DNA of 64,000 nucleotides from positions 12,205 to 76,204 of the forward strand of contig JAPLJH010000063.1 of the NCBI GenBank assembly GCA_026388695.1. The letters are read 5' to 3'. A program made the translations under genes and the position numbers. The stretch is from Deltaproteobacteria bacterium (GTDB taxonomy: Bacteria; Desulfobacterota; Desulfobulbia; Desulfobulbales; Desulfurivibrionaceae). Shown one piece after another: positions 58,541 to 64,000 of this stretch. How positions within the stretch are numbered: the first letter of the stretch is position 1; each line of letters starts with the position of its first letter. Below the pieces are notes generated by a model. That model made no database searches. It had not been told where the DNA came from and worked only from the letters and a program-made list of their open reading frames with translations.

Positions 58541-58583
58541 AAAAAAATGCCGGTTACAGGGCCGCTGCCCCATACCGGCATTT
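58541..58583 (-). terminator. Terminator after leuCD
   Basis: AAATGCCGGT..ACCGGCATTT stem followed by a T-run on the minus strand. Confidence 0.6.
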
Positions 58584-58608
58584 GCGGGGCAATCCTCCCC
58601 GTCACAAC

Positions 58609-59124
58609 CTAATAATTCTTATCCGCATAGGCGAGCCAACCGCCTGCTTCCACGAGATTTTTATCAAACTCGTTGAGATTGAATGAAATAACCACCTTCT
58701 TGCTACCTTTGGCAGTAAGCGTGCAGGCAGCCATATCCACGGTAATAGTGACCGTATCCCCTAAGCCAAAGAGGGTCTCGATATCCTTCTTCGGCAACTC
58801 GATGGCCAGCATGCCGCAGTTGTACATGTTCTGTCGGAAGATGCGGGCAAAGCTTTCGGCAATGACCACGTTGATGTCGTTGACCTCAAAGACCCAGACC
58901 GCATGCTCGCGGGAGGAGCCGCAGCCGAAGTTGGCCCGGGTGATGATAACCCCTTTGCCTTCGATGTCCTTGCGCGGGTCGAAGCCCCCGAGCTTAAGGT
59001 CTTCCAGAATAAAAGGCTGGAGGGCCAGCTTGGTGTTTTCGGTCAGGTACTTCGCCGGGATGATCTCGTCGGTGTTGATGTCGTTTCTATCAAGAAACAG
59101 CGCTTTGCCGCCAAACTCTTTCAT
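58609..59124 (-). CDS. leuD: 3-isopropylmalate dehydratase small subunit
   Basis: INTDEIIPAKY, NFGCGSSREHA, SFARIF. Confidence 0.93.
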   Translation of the reverse strand: MKEFGGKALFLDRNDINTDEIIPAKYLTENTKLALQPFILEDLKLGGFDPRKDIEGKGVIITRANFGCGSSREHAVWVFEVNDINVVIAESFARIFRQNMYNCGMLAIELPKKDIETLFGLGDTVTITVDMAACTLTAKGSKKVVISFNLNEFDKNLVEAGGWLAYADKNY

Positions 59125-59160
59125 TATCGTTCACTCCATTGATGTTGGAATTGATTGCCC

Positions 59161-60444
59161 TTAGAGGAGCTTTCGCGGGTCGGCGATATGGCCCAGCACC
59201 GCGGTGGCCGCGGCGGTGAGCGGGCTCATCAGGTGGACGATGCCGCCCTTGCCCATCCGGCCGTTGAAGTTCCGGTTGGTGGTGGAGGCGCAGATTTCGC
59301 CTTCTGCCAGAACCCCGTTGCTCATGCCCAGGCAGGCGCCGCAGGTGGGGTTGGTCACACAAAAACCCGCTTCCATGAAGATGGCGATGATCCCTTCTTC
59401 CATGGCTTGGGAATACACCTTGGGCGTGGCCGGGGAGAGGATACCGCGTACAGTGGCCGCGATCGTTTTCCCTTTGAGTATCCGGGCTGCGGAGCGCAAA
59501 TCCTCGATGCGGCCGTTGGTGCAGGAGCCGATGTACACCTGGTCCACCGGGGTGCCCTCCATCTCGGTGACGTCCTTCACCTCGTCGGGCTTGTAGCCGA
59601 AGGTCACCTGGGGCACCAGCTTGGACACGTCCAGGGTCATCTCCTTAACGTATTCGGCATCCGGATCGGAATGCCATTGGACAAAATCCTCCACCGCCAG
59701 ATCGATGGATTCATACTGATCCTTAATAAACGGCCAGAGGTATTTGGCCGTCACTCGGTCGGGCAGGCAGATGCCGCAGGTGGCCCCGGCCTCGATGGCC
59801 ATGTTGCACAGGGTCATCCGCGCTTCCATGCTCATGGCCTCAACCACCGGGCCGACAAACTCCATGATCTTGTCAGTGGCCCCGTTCACGGTCAGTTCCT
59901 TGATGATGAAGAGGATCACATCCTTGGCGGACACACCGTCCTGTAGCTTGCCGCTGATGGTTATCCGCATGGTTTCCGGGGTGCGGAAGGAGCAGACTCC
60001 CTTGAGGATACCCACCTCAAGATCGGTGGTGCCGACACCTGCGGCAAAGGCGCCGAAGGCCCCGTGGGTGCAGGTATGTGAATCGCCCATGATCACCGTA
60101 TAGCCGGGGCGGACAAAGCCCTTTTCCGGGAAGAGCGCATGGCAAACCCCGTTGGCGCCGATGTCGAAAAAATCTACAATCTTGTGGCGCCTGGCCCAAT
60201 CGCGGAGAATTTTGCCCTGGGTGGCGGTTTTGGAATCTTTGGAAGGCGTGACATGGTCGATAACCGCTTTGATCTTGGTGATGTCAAAAACCCGGTCCAT
60301 GCCACGGGCCTCAAGATCGGTGATCGCGATAGGCGTGGTGATCTCGTGGCACATGACCACATCGATATCCAGGATGACATTTTCAGGGGTGGGAGTGTCG
60401 CGCAGATGCGCGGCAAAAATCTTTTCAGCTATGGTTTTACCCAT
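59161..60444 (-). CDS. leuC: 3-isopropylmalate dehydratase large subunit
   Basis: DSHTCTHGA, IGSCTNGR, PTCGACLG, TNRNFNGR. Confidence 0.93.
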   Translation of the reverse strand: MGKTIAEKIFAAHLRDTPTPENVILDIDVVMCHEITTPIAITDLEARGMDRVFDITKIKAVIDHVTPSKDSKTATQGKILRDWARRHKIVDFFDIGANGVCHALFPEKGFVRPGYTVIMGDSHTCTHGAFGAFAAGVGTTDLEVGILKGVCSFRTPETMRITISGKLQDGVSAKDVILFIIKELTVNGATDKIMEFVGPVVEAMSMEARMTLCNMAIEAGATCGICLPDRVTAKYLWPFIKDQYESIDLAVEDFVQWHSDPDAEYVKEMTLDVSKLVPQVTFGYKPDEVKDVTEMEGTPVDQVYIGSCTNGRIEDLRSAARILKGKTIAATVRGILSPATPKVYSQAMEEGIIAIFMEAGFCVTNPTCGACLGMSNGVLAEGEICASTTNRNFNGRMGKGGIVHLMSPLTAAATAVLGHIADPRKLL

Positions 60445-60673
60445 TGTTCATGAGCCTCCGTGCGGGGATTGTCTGAATATTTTTTTGCGGGGGTATTGCC
60501 CACGGTAGAGAAAAGTTTTTACCATATATCAGTAGGTCTTAGCCATGATAAATGAAGGAAACACTGTTTTTTCATACTTTGCGTTTGACCGAAGTTGTCA
60601 GGCTGTATATCATGTCGCAATCGAATGTTTTGCCGCCGGATGCATGAATTTCTTTTCAGGATACAGCAGGCAC

Positions 60674-62344
60674 ATGGCACGAAAAAAGATCAAAAAACCT
60701 GACCAGCAGTTGCCTGCCTCACACGCTGCCAACCAGCAAACGGTCGAACTGATCCTCGCCATTTATCGCGAGGAATACGGGAAGGTTCCCTCCAGCCTTG
60801 CCGGGCTCTTCTCGGATGCGGCCGATCTGTACGCCGGTCGTTGGGCAAGTCACGAAGCCTGTGCCGTCACCTATCATAATTTCAGCCACTCCCTGGATGT
60901 CTGTCTTGCTGCCGCCCGCATGCTTTCCGGCTGGAACAAGGCGGAACAGGCGCAGGCCCTGGACGAGAAATACTTCCAGCTTGGCATGGCCGCAGGCCTT
61001 TTCCACGACGCCGGATACATCAAGAACAAGGGCGACCATGCCGGATCGGGGGGCAAATTCACCCTAATCCATGTCGGGCGGAGTATGGAGATTTCTCGTG
61101 AATACTTGAGCAAAAAACAGTGGCCACCCGAAGATGTGGACGCTGTTTGCCGGATAATTTCCATCACCGACTATGCCAAGCTCCCGGATCTCGACCCACT
61201 GTTTACGGACCTCAAGCTCAAGACCATGGCCCAGATGGTGGCCACCGCCGATCTGGTGGCCCAGATGGCGGACACCGACTATGTTCAGCGGATCGACGAC
61301 CTGTTTGCTGAGTTTAAGGAGGTCTATAAGTTTGAAAAACGTGCGGAACTGATCAAAAAAGGGACCAAGGTCTACAAGACCGTGCAGGAGATCAAGGACG
61401 GCACCATCGATTTTTACGAGCAGTTTGTCGTGCCGACCCTTGGTAAGCTTGGCCGCATGGACCGTTACCTGACCAATTTTTTCGGCGACGGCAGAAACCC
61501 GTATCAGGAAAACATCGCGGCCAATCTTTCCGGGCATCTCATGGATGTCCGTTCCCAGTGGCGACGGCTGGGCGATATCCTCACCGAGCTGGGGCTGGCC
61601 ACCAACGATCAGATCACCAGCGCCCTGGCCAGACAGCAGACCCTGGCCGGACCAAAGGCCGATTCCAGCAAAAGCTTCAACGTCCTGCTCCGTGAGCATT
61701 TGTTGCCCTGGTTTTCAGCCCGTGCCCAGGAAGGCCGCTGTCTGGGCGATATCCTTATGGAGATGCAGGCGGTAGAGCCAAAATCCCTGGCCAAGGGATT
61801 GCTGGCCCAGATGCTGCCCGATTCTCTGTACGCATCGCTCTCGCCCAAAGAGCTGCACTTCCTGCTCCAGGCCGCGATCCTCTTGCAGAATATCTGCAAA
61901 GGCCCGTGGATTCTGGGGGTGGTCCTGGAAATGGCCAACGAAATTCTAGACTGCGAGGCCAGCTCGATTCTCATCGCGGATCTTGACGAAAAAGAGATGC
62001 TGGTTGCCCTGCCCACTGGCCCCAAGAAAAACGTGGTCTACGGCAAAGGAATTGCCATGGACAAAGGACTTTCCGGCTGGGTCTATCGCAACGGTCAGCC
62101 GGCGCGGGTGAGTAATGCCAGCGCCGACGCCCGCTTTGACCGCGGCATGGACAAGAATATCGATTTCGTAACCCGCTCCATCCTCGCCGTGCCCCTGCAT
62201 GTGAACGGGGAATGCATCGGCGCGGTTGAAGCGCTGAACAAAAGCGATGACAATTTTACCAACCATGACATGAATGTACTTTCCATCCTGGCCAATATGC
62301 TGGCCAACGTCATGGTTGGTGTTTTGTGCATCCAAAGCCATTGA
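60674..62344 (+). CDS. HD-domain phosphohydrolase with MshEN-like motifs and C-terminal GAF domain
   Basis: YHNFSH..FHDAG..ADL; RLGDILTELGLATNDQITSALARQ; GAF (GLSGWV, DARF, TRSILAVPL, VEALNK). Confidence 0.78.
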   Translation: MARKKIKKPDQQLPASHAANQQTVELILAIYREEYGKVPSSLAGLFSDAADLYAGRWASHEACAVTYHNFSHSLDVCLAAARMLSGWNKAEQAQALDEKYFQLGMAAGLFHDAGYIKNKGDHAGSGGKFTLIHVGRSMEISREYLSKKQWPPEDVDAVCRIISITDYAKLPDLDPLFTDLKLKTMAQMVATADLVAQMADTDYVQRIDDLFAEFKEVYKFEKRAELIKKGTKVYKTVQEIKDGTIDFYEQFVVPTLGKLGRMDRYLTNFFGDGRNPYQENIAANLSGHLMDVRSQWRRLGDILTELGLATNDQITSALARQQTLAGPKADSSKSFNVLLREHLLPWFSARAQEGRCLGDILMEMQAVEPKSLAKGLLAQMLPDSLYASLSPKELHFLLQAAILLQNICKGPWILGVVLEMANEILDCEASSILIADLDEKEMLVALPTGPKKNVVYGKGIAMDKGLSGWVYRNGQPARVSNASADARFDRGMDKNIDFVTRSILAVPLHVNGECIGAVEALNKSDDNFTNHDMNVLSILANMLANVMVGVLCIQSH

Positions 62345-62357
62345 GCCCCCTTTCCCC

Positions 62358-64000
62358 ATGAAGATATTCTTTTCCGCCCTGCTGGCCCTCGTTGTCGCCC
62401 TGCCTATCTCCGTCCTTGCCGCCCAGGGAATCAGTATCGACGGCAAGGTGAAATACTCACAGGGTTTCAACAAGTTCGACTACGCCTCTGATAAAGCGCA
62501 GAAAGGCGGGCATCTGGTGCTCCACGATTTGGGCAGCTATGATAAGCTCAACCCCTTCACCCTCAAGGGCACTGCCCCGGCCGGGCTTGACGAGCTGGTC
62601 TTCGAGACCCTTGCTGTGCCGAGCCTGGATGAACCCTTTGCCTCCTATGGCCTGATTGCCAAAGACATTGTTGTGGCTGAAGACCGGCTGTCTGTCACCT
62701 TCACCATCCATGAAAATGCAAAATTTTCCGACGGCACCGCGATCAGCCCGGAGGATGTGAAGTTCTCCCTGGACACCCTGAAAAGCCCGGCGGCAAGTCC
62801 TTCGTATCAAATTTACTTTCAAGACATCTCATCCGCCGAGGTTCTTGACCCGCACCGGGTCCGCTTCAATTTTTCCCAGCGCAACCGCGAACTGCACCTG
62901 ATCGCCAGCCAACTCCCGGTCTTCTCCAAAAAATTCTACACCGCCCATCCCTTTGACGCCTCGGACATGACCCCGCCGGTTGCCTCCGGCCCCTATCTGG
63001 TCAAGGAGATTATCCCCGGCAAGGCCATCACCTATGTACGCAACCCCGAGTATTGGGCCAGGGATCTCAACGTGCGGCGCGGGATGTTCAACTTCGACAC
63101 CATCACCTACAAATATTTCAAGGACCAGATCGTGGCGGTGGAGGCATTCAAGGCCGGGGAATTCGATTTTCTCCCGGTCAATATGGCCAAACAATGGGCC
63201 CGTGATTTTGATGGGCCTAAGTTCAAGCGCGGCGAGCTGGTCAAGGAGACCCTGCCCCACAAGAATAACGCCGGAATGCAGGCCTTTGTCTTCAATGTGC
63301 GCAAGCCGGTTTTTAAGGATCGCCTGGTGCGCAAAGCCTTGTCCCTGGCCTTTGATTTTGAATGGACCAACGCCGCCCTTTTCTTTGGCCAGTACACCCG
63401 CTGCGACAGTTTTTTCAGCAACTCGGCCATGAGCGCTAAGGGGCTGCCCGCAGGCCTTGAGCTTTCCTATCTCGAACCTTTTCGCGCCACCCTGCCCCAA
63501 GAGGTGTTCACCGCGCCGCTTGTTCCTTTCAGCACCAAGCCCCCTGCCAGTCTGCGCGCCAATCTGCTCCAGGCCAAAATAATTCTCAGCCAGGCGGGAT
63601 GGGTCGTAAAAAACGGGGTGCTCACCAACAGCGCAGGCCAAGCGCTGGAGTTTGAAATCCTCCTGGTGGGTGCGGGGTTTGAACGGGTGATGGAGCCCTA
63701 TATCAACAACCTGAAAAAACTCGGGGTGCGCGTGCATTCGCGGGTCATCGACCCGGCCCTGTATATCCGACGCATGGATAATTTTGATTTCGACATGACG
63801 GTCAACGTCTTCGGCCAGGCTCAATCTCCGGGCAATGAACAGCGTAACTACTGGCATTCGGCAGCAGCCGAGCGCAAAGGCTCCCGCAACCTCATCGGCA
63901 TCGCGGACCCGGCGGTGGACCAGTTGGTGGATCGGATCATTTACGCCCAGACCCAAGAAGAACTCACCGCCGCCTGCAAGGCCCTAGACCGGGTTCTCTG
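62358..64000 (+). CDS. Peptide ABC transporter substrate-binding protein (YejA-like, family 5), partial
   Basis: Signal peptide MKIFFSALLALVVA; FDY..KGG, LNPFTLKG, YGLIA, FSDG, RNPEYW, AFDFEWTN; open to the window end. Confidence 0.88.
   Translation, partial: MKIFFSALLALVVALPISVLAAQGISIDGKVKYSQGFNKFDYASDKAQKGGHLVLHDLGSYDKLNPFTLKGTAPAGLDELVFETLAVPSLDEPFASYGLIAKDIVVAEDRLSVTFTIHENAKFSDGTAISPEDVKFSLDTLKSPAASPSYQIYFQDISSAEVLDPHRVRFNFSQRNRELHLIASQLPVFSKKFYTAHPFDASDMTPPVASGPYLVKEIIPGKAITYVRNPEYWARDLNVRRGMFNFDTITYKYFKDQIVAVEAFKAGEFDFLPVNMAKQWARDFDGPKFKRGELVKETLPHKNNAGMQAFVFNVRKPVFKDRLVRKALSLAFDFEWTNAALFFGQYTRCDSFFSNSAMSAKGLPAGLELSYLEPFRATLPQEVFTAPLVPFSTKPPASLRANLLQAKIILSQAGWVVKNGVLTNSAGQALEFEILLVGAGFERVMEPYINNLKKLGVRVHSRVIDPALYIRRMDNFDFDMTVNVFGQAQSPGNEQRNYWHSAAAERKGSRNLIGIADPAVDQLVDRIIYAQTQEELTAACKALDRVL

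Overview
About 64 kb of GC-rich chromosome from an anaerobic Desulfobacterota-type bacterium; the gene content and order (hdrA-mvhD, purB-DUF4911-miaB-PHP, lysC-cimA-comEA, gmhA-hemC-cobA/hemD) suggest Desulfobulbales, which is an inference. Most of the window is housekeeping: rlmN, serC, miaA, pgsA, recJ, purB, miaB, cimA, lysC, trmL, lpxB, nadC, gmhA, hemC, cobA-hemD, leuCD. Points of interest are: (i) two selenoprotein genes that the ORF track splits at in-frame UGA codons (MvhD/FlxD-like and FdhF), each with a SECIS-like hairpin, in a convergent HdrA-MvhD versus FdhF-AsrA-AsrB-like redox region; (ii) three copies of a ~185-bp structured non-coding element, one divergent enough to show stem covariation, two of them forming an inverted doublet; (iii) a coupled C39-peptidase/RimK-like ATP-grasp/glutamate-cysteine-ligase operon of unknown product; (iv) isolated low-GC nuclease-like genes (SRA-like HNH with cassette-like ends, DUF6602-like); (v) unusual c-di-GMP-related architectures (HD-MshEN-GAF; GAF with a Cys-rich insert plus GGDEF); (vi) small gene remnants. 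No rRNA, tRNA, CRISPR array, transposase or integrase was recognised. All calls are by eye from motifs; no searches were run.
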